From NCBI GenBank assembly GCA_951406725.2, contig OX597818.1:82584001-82648000 (forward strand): a stretch of 64,000 nucleotides of DNA. Reading direction: 5' to 3'. The notes beneath the pieces are model-generated. The model had not been told where the DNA came from. It saw only the letters and a list, made by a program, of their open reading frames with translations, and ran no database searches. Below are positions 26,735 to 47,654 of the stretch, piece by piece; positions within the stretch are counted from its first letter, which is position 1, and each line of letters opens with the position of its first letter. The stretch comes from Octopus vulgaris. Its lineage: Eukaryota. A program made the position numbers and the translations under genes.

Positions 26735-28340
26735 TTGATGGTAGGGGTAGTAGTGGTGGTGGTGGTTGTGAATGTGATGGTGGTGTTGGTGATGGCGATG
26801 GTAGTGGTGATGGTGATGATGGTTGTGGTGGTAGTGGTAGTGGTAGTGATGATAGCGATGGTGGTGGTAGTGGTGGTGGTGGTGATGGTAGTGGCAGAAA
26901 TTGTAGTGATGGCGGTGGTGTTTGTAGTGGTGGCGTTGATATTGATGGTAGTCGTGGTGGTAGAGGTAATGATGTAAAGCTTGTGATGGTCCCTGGACGG
27001 TAGGCGGTGTACGTAGCAGCATACGTAGCGGCATACGGGCATGGTGGCGGTGGTGATGTTCCTGTTGTTGTCTGGTGGTGGTGTGGTGGTGGTAGTGGTG
27101 ATAATATGGGATAGTTTTGTATGTAGAAGAAATAATGGGCATTTGAGAGATATATGCGATCGTGACAGAGTATGGGTAGTAGTATTGATGAATATGTGTT
27201 AGTGGTGGTAGTGGTAGGGCGGTGTAGTGACATTGGTGGCGGTGGTGTTGGTTGTGGTAGTGGCGGTGATAGTGACGTTGGTGGTAGTAGTGGTGGTGGT
27301 AGTGGTGATTTATCGCAGGCGATGATGGAGAGATACTGACGTTATTTACAATTGTGGATGGTTGTAGCGGAAGCGGTGGTGGGGATGGTATTGGTGGTAA
27401 TGTTCGTTTTTAAGACGGTTAGAATGGCGGTAGTAGTAGTGATAGTGGTACAGGTGGTGACAGTAGCGGTGATGATAATACTAAACAGGAGAGAGTGAAG
27501 TTCGTGATAAAGCAAGTACTGGTATCATTGATGCTTTTGGGTAGTGGTAGTTGGGTTACTGGTTTTTGTTGTGATAGTAGTGGTTGTAGTAATTGCAGTT
27601 ATAGAGATATTAATGTAGTGGTGTTAACAGTGATTATGGTGGTAGTGCTACTTTTATTGGTTGTTGTTGCTGTTGTTGTTGTTGTTGCAGTGATTCTTGT
27701 TGTAGTGTTTGTGTTTGAAGTGGTAGCGGTGTGGTGGTGAATTTTGTAGTAGTGACGTTGATTCTAGTGATGGATGGTAATGTAGTCTTCCTCCTCGTAT
27801 CGTAATGATTGTGAAGATGGTGGTAGGCTAGATATTTCCAGGTAGTAGTGGTGATAGTAGCTGTTGTAGAGGTGGTTGTAGTACTAGTGGTGATTGTAGT
27901 GACCATGGATGTGGTAATGCCCGTCGTAGTATTAGTAGTGATGTGTGGTGATGGTAGTTGCAGTGATGCTTGTATTACTAGTAACGATAGCAGTGTCCCG
28001 TGTTTGGGTATTTGTGGTGTTGGTGGTAGTAGTGTTGCGGCATTGGTAGTGATTGTAATGTTCGTAGTTGTAGTTGTTCTCGATGTCATAGTGATAGTGG
28101 TACCGCTCATACTTGTATAGGCAGTAGTCGTGCCTTTGCTGGTGGTTGTGTTTGAGGTGATAGCGGTGTAGTAGTGGTTTTTGTAGCGGTGTCATTGATT
28201 CTAGTAATGGATTGTAAGGTAGTCGTTCTCCTGGTAGGTTGTGAAGATGGTGGTAGACTAGATATTTCCATTTTGTGACGGTTATGGTCAATGATATTGT
28301 TGCTGGTAGATTGGTAATTGTAATGAGGTTGGTAGCTGTT
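26735..28340. repeat. Low-complexity (GGT/GAT/GTA) triplet field
   Basis: Directly visible degenerate triplet repeats. Confidence 0.9.
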
Positions 28341-28618
28341 GTGAGAAAGCTTGTTTATGCCAGTGTGGGTGGTGGCTTATTTATATGGGATCGGGATTTT
28401 TGGCGTTAGTGATATCAGATGAAGTAATGCTAGTGGTGTCTCCAATGTAATTTCAGAAATGTATTTTCGTGTATGTTTGCTAATAATTATTGTGTAGAAT
28501 CTGCACTGAAGTGACGGTTTTGGTATTCTTCATTTTGATTTTGTTGTGTTCGTGGTGATGATAATGGTGATGATGGTAGAGATGGGGAATGCAGGAGATG
28601 ATGAGTATTGTTCCAGTC

Positions 28619-28683
<65 letters not shown>

Positions 28684-28684
28684 A

Positions 28685-28875
28685 AGCAGCGAGCTGGCAG
28701 AATCGTTACCACGCCGGGCAAAATGCTTAGCAGCATTTCGTCTGTCACTACGTTCTGAGTTCAAATTCCGCCAAGATCAACTTTGCTTTTCATTCTTCCG
28801 GGGTCGATAAAATAGGTACCTGTTGAACACTGAGGTCCATGTAATAGACACGTCCCCTTCCCCAAAATTTGAAAC
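28685..28875 (+). mobile_element. Family A SINE following (ATT)n
   Basis: gcagcgagctggcagaatcgtt...ctgagttcaaattccgcc. Confidence 0.9.
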
Positions 28876-28892
28876 CATTATTATTATCATTA

Positions 28893-29946
28893 GGCTCTTT
28901 GCACAGCTTCTAGCGCTGGAGGCGTACTAGGGTGTCAGCTGTTTACTACCTGTGAACTAAGGTAACACTTTTATTCTCGAGCACCATCTAACTCTGCCTT
29001 TATTCTTCTTTTCCACCATGAATGTTTTCCTTTGTCCCTCCCATTATATTTCTTTTTCTTGACATCAACACTCACATTTTCTGCTACAACAATACTTGCT
29101 GCCTTGATGAAATTGTCTAATTCTGTGATGTTTTCGTTCTGAAACATTTCAGAATTCCATTCACATTTTCCGTTTCTTAGTTCAATTTCCACAAATCAAT
29201 CTTTTTAAGTTTGCAAATAATGTTGCTATCGTTCTCCTGTAGACTTGCCTTTTTTCTGTCGTAGATTGTCTTTTGCCCATCTGTCATGTCACCATTAGTT
29301 TTATTATCTTCTTCCTAATCATCTATATGTCTTTCATTGAGCAAGCTAACACTGTTCCTTTCCTGTGGCTTATTAGAGATTCCACTTCTGTTTTCTATTA
29401 TGAGATTACTTTTATCAGTAGGAATTGTATTTTCCTCTGCCGTTGTTTTTCAATACCTGTCTTTTGATAGCTTCGGGCTCTAAGTAGAGCCTCAGTCATT
29501 GAAACAAAAATATTTTATCGCTTTAGCTTGATCACATAATCTCTCTTCCCTGAGTTATTACAATCCTCTTTCTCTCCATTGATCATACATACGTTGTCGG
29601 TATCCCCGAAGATGAACATCATTTTCGTCTACGGGGTTGCTCAGGTAGTAACACCCGATAACCACATCATTCACTTGTTTCTTCCATCTACGCCGTGTGT
29701 GCTGGTCCCTTGCTGGATACCGACTGGCGAGAATCGGACCGGTATCTCTGAGTCTGCCGGGTGCAACATTGTCACCATCAATGGCTTCAGTTTCATTACC
29801 ACCGTTATTCACAATATCATGTTTTCTCATTGTCACTCATATGAGGTAGCGATTATCAGTTTGCACAATTACAAGTGTTTTATCGTGATACCATAACTAG
29901 ATGTATCTTCGATCAAGACATGGGGAGATTCCAACAGTTTTCTTTC
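28893..29946 (-). mobile_element. Internally deleted R4/Dong-like non-LTR retrotransposon remnant
   Basis: Minus-strand peptides RRRWKKQVNDVVIGCYYLS...GYRQRMYDQW...LCDQAKAI and ENITELDNFIKAASIVV...WWKRRIKAEL resemble the N-terminal region of R4/Dong ORFs. Both ends abut (ATT)n/(TAA)n, the known Dong target. Confidence 0.65.
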
Positions 29947-30149
29947 ATTATTATTGTTATCATCACTGATATTTTTATTTTCGTTTTTTTTACTATTTGT
30001 CATTGTTAATATTTCTGGCTAATTGCCATTAACACTTTCGCGGTAGTACTAGTCTCCGGGTCTTATCTATTAGCGTAGACAATTTGATACATCACCACCT
30101 CTATAATTATAAACAAATAGATGTAGTCAAACGAGACAAAGAAACAAAA

Positions 30150-30187
<38 letters not shown>

Positions 30188-30265
30188 TATTATTATTATT
30201 ATTATTGTTGTTGTTGTTTTTGTTGTTGTTGTTGTTGTTGTTATTGTTTTTATAATTATTATTAA

Positions 30266-30685
30266 AGGTGGCGAGCTGGCAGATTCGTTAGCGCGCTGGG
30301 CGTAATTCTTACCGGTATTTCACCTGTCGCTATGTTCTGACTTCAAATTCCGCTGAGGTCGACTTTGCCTTTGATCTTTCGGGTTCGATAAAATAGATAC
30401 CATTTGGACAGTGGGGTCGACGTAATCATCTCATCTCCTCCCTTTAAATTGCAGTCCTAGTGGCAAAAGTTGCAAAAAAAAAAGACGGCGAGCTGGTAGA
30501 ATCGTTAGCACGCCGGGCAAAATGCTTAGCGGCATTTCACCCGTCCTTACGTTCTAATTTCAAATTCTGCCGAGGTAGAATTTGCCTCCCATCGTTTACG
30601 GATCGATAAAATAAATACCAGTTGCGTACTGGTGTGGATGTAATAGACCAGCCCCCTCCTCTACATGTCTACCATAGAAAGGATT
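30266..30685 (+). mobile_element. Two tandem family A SINE copies
   Basis: Heads at 30266 and 30484. Confidence 0.9.
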
Positions 30686-30702
30686 ATCATCATTATTATT
30701 AA

Positions 30703-32167
30703 GCCAGTGCTAATAGCTCAGATTTCGTGGTTCGGGTCAAGATTTTCAATTCTGGGATTTCCCCATCAAAAGAGAAAGTCTTCATCTTCAACCATGTCTA
30801 ACAGGAACTCCCAAGCCTCTTTCAAAAACGGTTAAATTATGATGCATAAATAGCTCCTGTTCTGCTATCTATTGTCTTAGTCTGCCAATGCTGATCCTCC
30901 CATCTACAAGGATATCAAAATTGAGAAATATGAATGCTCTGATCATGTGCAGAAGAGGATGGCGCGCAGACTGATGGATCTGGTACAGGCAAACAGAAGG
31001 TAATCATTCACCGGTGATGACGGCAAGAAGTATACTGGTATTGGAGGTGCGTGTAGGCTCAAACAGAAAGCCTTCCTATCCAAACATGGTTATTATGGGT
31101 CAGCCATCAGGAACTGCACTAGTGACAAATCCTACATGACGATAAACGCTATACAAACAAAAACTACCTGCCAAAATTCGTGCTGGATAAAATGAGGCCT
31201 GTGATTGTAGCCTTATATGAGAGCAAACGCTTGGATAAGTGCCTTCACAGAGGATCACAAACTAACAATGCATCATTTCACAACTTAGTTTAGGAAGGTA
31301 TCCTAAAACAACATTTGTCGGGCGATTGCGCCTGGTGTTAGCTGTCAAACATGCCATTATAATTTTCAATCAAGGAAAAATTGCAAGGATACATGTCTTT
31401 CAAAATTCAGGCCTCAACCATGGCCATCATCTGAGAGAGAGACTGAGGCAAGTAGATGAGCAGTGACCGAAAAAAGCGTATGTACATGGACAAAAATCCA
31501 TAATCAAAACGAGACATAAGCGCTCTCAGATAGCATAATCATACAAATCGCAAGGATATGCCTCTGGGCGTTATTATACTGCAAAGCAGCAAATATTTCT
31601 CTAAAATATGACTATTATCCTTGTGTAGTTGGACATTGTTGTAAAATCAACCATTTTCAGCGTGTTTTGCGTTCATTTCAAAATTACATTTCTGACTATG
31701 AGTAGCAATCTTTAAGTCACGATATCTCCGCGAATAATTAATATAATAGGCTGAAAGTTCGCATGTGTATTACTTTGATACTGGCCTAGATGCTGATTTA
31801 GTGCGAATAGATTTATTTGTTCGTCATCCAGAGACACTTGAAAGCTATTACCCAGGGGTCAAAAACTCATGAACTGCTGCATATGGCTGAGTGCCCCCCG
31901 CCCCAACGAAATCTAGGCCAACTTCATCAATGTCTTTGATTCAGCATCTAGTCTGTCACTCCAATCTGTTGGCATTCCAAGTTAGAGCATATAATCTTTG
32001 ATTGTTTGGTAGAAAAATTCACCTAAAATATGGATATGTTTGCCTAGTCGGACGTTTGGCGGCCATTTTGAAATTATAAATAGGTTATAAATACATAATG
32101 TAGAAATTTGGATATTATGTTTTTCGATAGAGGGTGGTTTTCCTATGTTTGAGGGCTTAGTCTTACC
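30703..32167 (+). mobile_element. Decayed Kolobok/Mutator-like DNA transposon flanked by TTAA
   Basis: Peptide remnants KYECSDHVQKRMARRL (about 30926-30973) and LDKCLHRGSQTNNASFHNLV...PKTTFVG...AIIIFNQG (about 31231-31376). TTAA at 30699-30702 and 32168-32171. Terminal complementarity is weak. Confidence 0.65.
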
Positions 32168-32171
32168 TTAA

Positions 32172-32379
32172 GGCAGTGACCTGGCAGAATTGATATTATG
32201 CTGGACGATATCCTTAGCGGTATTTAGTCCATTGCTACGTTCTGAATTCAAATTCCACCTAGGTTGACTTTGCCTTTCATCCTATCGGGGTCGATAAATT
32301 AAGTACAAGCTGAGTACATGGGTCGATGTAATCGACTTAACCCCTCCTCCAAAATTTCAGCCCTTGAGCCTATAGTAGA

Positions 32380-32462
<83 letters not shown>

Positions 32463-32670
32463 GGGCGTTGAGGTGACAGAATCGTTTGCACACCGAGCGA
32501 AATGCTTAGCGGTATTTTGTACGCCTTCACGTTCTGAATTCAAATTCTACCGAAGTCAAACTTTGCTGTTCATTCTTTCGGGGTCGATAAAAAAAGGACC
32601 AATTGAACACTGGGATCGATGTAATCGACTTCCATTTCCCTCAAATTTGCTGGCCTTGTGCCAAAATTAG
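32172..32670 (+). mobile_element. Two family A SINE copies separated by (ATT)n
   Basis: Heads at 32172 and 32463. Confidence 0.85.
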
Positions 32671-32859
32671 CAGTACAACTACAATCCAAAAGGACCCCCA
32701 CCCCGTTAGCAAGTAGCTTGACCACTTTGGTCAATGATATAAACATCACCACAAATAACATTGGCTCCGACTATCACCATCAGTGATAGGAACAGCATCA
32801 GCAGCAAAAACCATATAGTCAACACCAACAATAACATCAACGATAAAAACAACTCCTTT

Positions 32860-33620
32860 GTAGGGGTTACAAAATTGCAGGTGCAAATCTCCCTGGAAGG
32901 AAAGCATGCGTACCTGAGTGAAGGAGAAAAACTCCTCAACAGAGGTGATAGGGGAACCAAGCTTGTATCCCTTCAGATTTGATGGAGAAGACGGTCAGAA
33001 GGAGAATCGCATACAATTGTGTGTCGCTAAAGACGTGGAAAATCTTCAATACTCCACACATTCAAATAGAAAAATGCTTGAAGGACATTTGAACTGATAT
33101 TGATTTCCTCGCGCGAGAAAAACATGGTTCCGTAGAGGTGAGATTTCTCACAGAGGCACTAGCCCCAAAACATTCAATAGTCCGGTGCAAACACGAAGAT
33201 ATCCTCCTCCTCCTCCTCTTCCTCCTCTCATATCTAGATCAGTGGATGGTAAATGTTAACGTATCCAATATGCCACCAGAATTAGACTTTTTGGTGGTTG
33301 GGTGCGTGTGCTGTGGTCGAAGGACCGGATTCGCTTGTAGAAATAAATAAATATCGGAAGGAGAAGTGGTCCGGGATCGTGTTGGAAATTTTGTTCCAGG
33401 TAAAACCGGAATCATGCAGCTCAATGGAGCAACAACTTCATGTCGGGATGGAAGGCAGAAGGCCAAAGTGCCACCCTTGTGGGTCTAACATACATTTGAA
33501 GTCCCTCTGCCCTCATCAACAACAAAATGGAGCTAGAGGAACGGCGGCACTGTTACCACCACCACAGCAAGAAGGCCAAAAGTTGCAACAACAATCAATG
33601 CCGCAACAACTATTTAAGCA
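32860..33620 (+). pseudogene. Non-LTR retrotransposon ORF1 (gag-like) remnant with a CCHC zinc knuckle, Tx1/L1-like
   Basis: ORF 33298-33699 contains VGMEGRRPK-CHPCGSNIHLKSLC-P (C-X2-C-X4-H-X4-C). Upstream frames are broken. Confidence 0.7.
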
Positions 33621-34039
33621 ACACCTTCAACATCAAAATTTCACTACAACAACGACACATATTTACATAACCGTATATTTTTTCATCTTATGTTCTTAAT
33701 GTTTACTGCATTTATACATTCTCCAATTCCTTTCTTTTTCCGTCATTCTTTCTCTCCTTCTCTGTCTGTCAGTCTGTCTGTCTTTCTGTCTCTCTGTCTC
33801 TCTGTCTCTCTAATATTTCATTTAACCTTCTTCTCTCTTTTACATCATGTCATTCATTGTCTCCTTTTTCTCTTCTTTTTGATCAATTAACTCTTTTCCT
33901 TCTCTCAATTCTCCATTGTCTGCCTTGTTATATAATCCACTTAATCATTATTGATATTCTATAATATATACGTAGGAGAGTGATATGTCACAATGACATG
34001 GAGTTGCCCCAAGAAATATTTCTTTGTGTTTTAAACTGA

Positions 34040-34220
34040 AGGCCAGCAATTTTGAAGGAAAAGCGCAAGACGATTACATCAACCGCAATACTTGATTACT
34101 ATGCAATTTATCGACACCAAAAGCATGTTGACCTGGTTAGAATTTGGACTCAGAATTTAAAAATCGTGGAGAAAAGCGTCTAAGCATTTTGTGTGGGTTG
34201 CTATCGAGTTTGCCATCACG
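34040..34220 (-). mobile_element. Degenerate family A SINE
   Basis: ggccagcaattttg...cgattacatc...gaatttggactcagaa. Confidence 0.65.
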
Positions 34221-34301
34221 CTACTTTGATGTTAATAGAAAAAATATATAAAAACAAAATTAAACCAGATCGAGCACTCAAAAATTTCCGATTTCAGTGA
34301 A

Positions 34302-34870
<569 letters not shown>

Positions 34871-34940
34871 ATATATATATATATATACACATACATATAT
34901 GTGTGTGTGCTAACCTTGTGTGTGTGTGTATGTGTAATTG

Positions 34941-35004
<64 letters not shown>

Positions 35005-35849
35005 CTCTATACAATATAAATATAATTAATTATATATATATATATATACACATACATATATGTGTGTGTGCTTGTGTGTGTGTGTATGTGTGCCTATATA
35101 TATATATATATACACATACACACACACAAATAAATATATACACGCATGTATATATATTTATACCACGTGCTGTACTTAATTATATTTCCATAATCTGTTA
35201 GCTTGCATGTGCAGAGTATCTGGATACTTTCATTTCGAAGGACACTCGCGGGGCTTTCATGAAATGGCCGAAGCACTACAACAAGTGAGTTGAAGTGACA
35301 TGAGAGAATCCTACTTTCAAGGATTCTCTGTACTTGGAAAGTAATAATTGCCTCCCTTGAAAATGTCTTAAAACTTATGGAATGCACCTCATGTTGCTAT
35401 ATTATGCACCTTACAATTCTACTGTATAACAAAATACACACTGATGAATTTTCTATACAGTGAGATTAATATTGGTTGTACTGCGGATCCCTCAGCATGC
35501 CATGTACTAGGCGAGAGGCCAACATACGCTATAAGTTACATGATTTACAGGAAGTATTTATTGTTATGTAGCAAAAGTAAATTCAACTTTTAATGAATAA
35601 ACAATAACATGTATTGAAGAGATATATTGAATAAGCATTGGTTACGCATTGAATATGCTTTCAAATAGTGAAGAATTCTTGGTGAACTTCCAAAAATTTC
35701 ATGCTTCAAGCCAACAAATTATCCAACAAAATTCATACAAACAGCTTGGTTTATTCATTCCTCATAGAATTGAGTCCTTCCGTCCGGCAACATGGAGAGC
35801 CGAGAAAATTGTCAGGTCGCTGCAAATGATATTTTTTGCGGTTACAGTA

Positions 35850-36021
35850 AAGAGATGTGTATAATCTTGTTTCTGATGTTGAAGCTGTAGGCAATATTAT
35901 AATAAGTATATGCATACACTCAACACAGCACGCATATAGACGCACAGATACGCACTTTCGCAAACATACACACTCAGATATATTGATGCACCTTCCTCTG
36001 TCTGTGTGTCTTTCCCTCTCA

Positions 36022-36072
<51 letters not shown>

Positions 36073-36753
36073 CATACACACACACATGTATATACATATT
36101 TATATATCTATATGTATGTATATATGCATGTATATATGTATGTGTGCATCTACACACACACATATAATATATATATATATTTACATATATTATGCATACT
36201 TACAGACATATATATATATATATATCCATATGTATATGTGTATATTTAAAATATATATATATGTATGTATGTATGTATGTATATCTACATATATTTGTGT
36301 GAGTATATATATATATATATATATAACGGGAGAGGGAGAGAAAGGGTGAGAGAAAGAGAGAAAGAGAAAGAGAGATTGAGAGAGAGGGAGATAAAGAGTG
36401 AGTGAGAGAGAAGGAGTGAGAGAGAGAAAGAGAGGGAGAGAGAGAGAGAGAGTGTGGGTGACATACTTATGTGTTTGTATTTACGTATGTATATATGTAC
36501 ATCAAAGAAAAATGGCTGTCCGAATTTTCAGCGTGGCGCAAAAACCGGATCTGAGCTGGCGCGCTGAAAACGAAACATTCCAGAGTGACTGTAATATAAA
36601 GCAAGTTAAATGGAACGAAACAGAAGATAAAAAATATCTTTGATTACATAAAAAAGCACTTCTCAAATATATCTCCATCCGATGCATAAATATGTCTGTG
36701 TGTTTGCGTTTGTATATGTGTGTAAGTGTATACATAGCCTCACATAAGCACAC

Positions 36754-36796
<43 letters not shown>

Positions 36797-36902
36797 CATA
36801 TCCGTATTACTATCATGATGTCTACTCGCTACGTTTTACTTATACGTACGTGTATACACACAGGATACTAGGACATATAGATACAAATACATATGTGCGC
36901 GC

Positions 36903-36957
<55 letters not shown>

Positions 36958-37096
36958 AAGCACATAAAACAAGGTGAAAAAAATAGTACTCCAATCATTA
37001 TATATACATACGGGCATATATACTTATACCTATATATTATGTGTATTCATAAATGTCTATGTATATACATATATTCATGTAAATATGTATTATATG

Positions 37097-37130
<34 letters not shown>

Positions 37131-37215
37131 TGTTTGTGTATATGTGTGCGCTTGTCTGTGTATATATGTAGGTGTGCTCGCGCGTATGTGTGAGTGTGTG
37201 TGTTTGTGTGTATGA
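35850..37215. repeat. Microsatellite-dense region (TA/TG/GA)
   Basis: Directly visible. Confidence 0.9.
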
Positions 37216-38086
37216 ATGTTATTTCGCCTTCAGTTTGATTCCTCATTTATTTCTCTTCATAAACTCTGACAATCACAACCAGAACCATTTCCAGTAAAAG
37301 ACACTTAGCGGTATTTTTTCTTCTTCCGTAATTTGTATTCGTTAATTGAACATTAAAGTCTGTTGCTTATATTTTTGTACACCACGGTCCTATAATAAAA
37401 TAGCTGTTTAGCCCCGGGTGAGTCCTGATCGAGCTGAACTATGATTTAAATTTTGCCAAGCATGACCAACCGTCCTTTTAATGTGCTATGTTTCACAACA
37501 TTATTTAATAAATCCTTTCTCTTTAAAAGACAAAAAAAAAAAAAATTGCTCAAATCACCTCTGTGCGAACTGGAATAGCAGAGCTCGAGCAAACCTTTCT
37601 ATATCTATATTATAATTTTTATAATTATATTACTTCGAGTAATATCTACAAATGTGTATAAAGGTGTGGATGTGTTGCTAAGGATAAACGTCTTTATTTC
37701 ACAATCACGTGATTCGTAGTCCAATCCTTCACAGTTGGTCTTGTTGCTTAGGCCAACTTCATCTTACACACAGCACACTTATGAGAAAAAGTTTCGAGAA
37801 CTTCGATCATAACGTTATTTATTTATCTATTTCTTTGTTTATTAAAACGATAACAGTAAATATACTGCACTAACGTGAAATTTGATGGAAACTGGCTGTT
37901 TTTTCAAGCATTTTTAATCGTATAAAAGCTCACAAATAGGCTTCATATATAATATATATATAGTGTGTGTCTGTGTGTGTGTGTGTGTGTGTATACAAAG
38001 TGTACCAGTTAAGCGCTGTGTCAATCCAATCAATTAAGCCCCAGTCCGTCAAATTTTTTGTCCTTGGGTTTATAATATTTAGAAAA

Positions 38087-38287
38087 TTGTAGTAAAGATT
38101 GTTTGCCAACATAACATGGCAGTCCTGGTTTAGGACTAATGTTGCTAGATCCCCTTGTTCGAAAATATAAGGACACAGATCGTGTCATATAGCCAGTTGG
38201 AGACGATGTCTCCTGGGGCTAAATTATTGCAGAATTAGTCCTAAACCAGGACTACCATGTTATGCTGGCAAACATTCTTTACTACAA
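38087..38287. mobile_element. MITE-like element with ~54-bp terminal inverted repeats
   Basis: ttgtagtaaaga...catggcagtcctggtttaggactaat (38087-38140) versus attagtcctaaaccaggactaccatg...tctttactacaa (38234-38287). Confidence 0.8.
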
Positions 38288-39008
38288 AATACTTTTGCTG
38301 AATATCTCACGTTGTAAGATTTTAAAAATTGTAATTACCTAGTTTAAGATATTGATAACAACGCGATTTCATTGTCGTTGTTTCTGCAACAGAAGTGAGT
38401 ATAAGGTTCTTCCTATGGTGTAATTCATATATCTTGTTAAAGTAATGGGTTTCCACAATCGTTAGAGCATCGAACATAATGCTTTGATATATATATCCCT
38501 GTTATCAACGTTAAATATCATCTGGTTATGTATAAAGCTATGTATTATATTGTCTCTCTTATTTTCTATCTGCGTAAATATGAAACTATGACTTATTTTA
38601 CTGCCAATCTACCGTGTTTTACTTAATTCATATTATATACGGGTAATGACATTCAGTCATTTATTAGATAGATAGATAGATTGATAGATAGATAGATAGA
38701 TAGATATATATATAGAGAGAGAGAGAGACAGACAGATAGAGACAGAGATACAAAGTTATAGACGGAGATATACACATACAGATAGACACATGAAGATAGA
38801 TAAACAATTAAATAGATAGAGTGATGAGGGAGATAAAGTATTAAATATCAACGTAAGTTTTTGAATGGTGATGTTTTTACAAGATATGTTTTTAGGGTGG
38901 ATGTATATTTATATACCTATAGACACACAGAGGCACGGATACAGATACAGACACACACAAACATACATGCTCACACATATATATTTACATGTGTATAACA
39001 ATATGTAA

Positions 39009-39052
<44 letters not shown>

Positions 39053-40249
39053 GTATACACTCACACACACACACATGTACGCCTGCATGTATGTATGCAT
39101 GCATGTATGTGAGTGTATGTCTGTTTGTTATGTGTATTCCTTGGGCAATATAGGAGAGAGGGATAAGTAAATGATACATACAAAGACAGGCAGACAGATA
39201 ATCAGGTGAATAGGCAGATTGACAGAGAGATAGGGAGATAGATAGATAGATAAAGACAGAGAGAAAGAGAGGAAGAGAAAGAAGCAGGGAGATAAATAGT
39301 GGAGACAAAGAGAGAGAATCTGGATTAACACCTTTCTTCATGTAGCTCATGAGGGATTACTCACTCAGCAAATTGAAGGAATAAACTCATGGATGATAAG
39401 CATGAGAACCTCTGAGAAATTAGAAGGACAGGGAAGGACCCGAGAATAGGGTAGAAGAATAAGAAATTAATGAAGAGTAAGGAGCACTACGTCATAATGC
39501 CATTCCTCATTTAGTGGTTGTCATCATCGTTGTTTTAGTTGTTATCGTAATGGTTGTTTTGTTGTTGCTTTTTGATATATATATATTTATAGAGTGGTCG
39601 TATTTGGAAAGACTCCTGAGGCGTCTGCGTAATCCAAAATTGATACATGGCTCAGCTTGTGTCCACACGATGGTCAGTAACTGGACAATGGCTAGAGATA
39701 GAGACTGGACAGGAAGGAAGTGATGGACGAAGAGATTAAAGAGAAGGAAAGCTTTTGAATGTGTGAAGCTAGGGTTATAATAAATCTGTGTTTGTAGTTT
39801 CCGTCCGTTGTGTAGTTGTGGAATTGAAGGTACAAGATGGCGTGAGAAGGAGAGGATGTGATGAGGTGAAGAGAGAAGAATGTGATTGTGAAGGGCGTTG
39901 ATGGATAGGTGAGAAAAGGGTGGGACCCCATAGTTAGATGGCTGGGGGAGGAGGAGGAGGAGGAGATTTAAAAGAGAACAGGGGAAACTGATTGATGGAA
40001 AGAAAGATGAATTGTAGAGAAGAGAGAGACAAATATATGGAAACAGCATGAGAATAAGGGAAAATGTTAAGGAAATAGAGAGAACAAGAAAGAAATAGAC
40101 AGGAGAGAGGAGGAGAGAGAACGAATATGAGTAAGAGGTTGTAAGAGCATGGGAGCGTGAGAAACAGAATGACAGAGGAGTGACGTAGGTAGGAGATGAA
40201 AGACTGAGTGTAGGAAATACAAATTGATATATGTTTATGTGACTCAATG

Positions 40250-46745
<6,496 letters not shown>

Positions 46746-47654
46746 ATATTTTTGTGGCAGTTAAGTGGAAAGAGTGTTATTGTCCCAAACAGAGAAGAGC
46801 TATTCCAGTTTCACTCGATTTAGTAAGATGGCGATTGTAGCCGGAAGCGAAATAGCCAGAACACGCGTAATTTAAGCAGGCCTGGAGAAGTTTTTATATA
46901 TATATATATTGACTCATTATGTATGTTTATATGCACACATACTAATACACACATGCACGCACACACACGTATACAAATACACACAAACACACACACAAAT
47001 ACGCACACACATTATATATGTGTGATTTTGATTAAGCTTGTATTTATAAACATATATACGTATGTATGAATGTGTGTGTGTGTGAATGTCAATACATGCA
47101 ATCACACACGCAGTATTTATCCATAAATATATTCACACGCGCACACACGAATATATACATACTTTTATACGTGTATATATGCAATTGTGCGTTTATATAA
47201 ATATATAGTCATGCATATATGTATATAAATATAGAAACCTACATACATTAATACAAACATGCATAAATACATACACATCTACATATATATATATATGTGT
47301 GTGTGTATGTGTGTGTCTGTGCGCGTGCGTGTTTTAATACCCAGGCTTTTTGAGGGGGTGATCCCCATGATGCGCTTTACATTAGCGTATTGGCTAACAA
47401 GCAGAATGCTTGCATTTGATATTTCCGGACGATATAATATATATAATTATAATTAAGGGTGCTGTATGAACATTTAATGTGGTTTTAGAGTCAAGTTTTG
47501 GCTGCTTTATCTAGCATGGAGGTATCTCTTAGATACCCTTATTAATAATTTTATAATTAATTATAATTATAATTAATACCTATGAAGTTTTTATTCCCAT
47601 GCTAGCCAGCTGATATGATCGGTATTTTAAATAACGATCTTATTTAAACAACGT

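Noticed and set aside
39507-40247. 246-aa minus-strand ORF
   Set aside because: It is an S/L/F/P-rich translation of a purine/pyrimidine-skewed tract with no domain signal.
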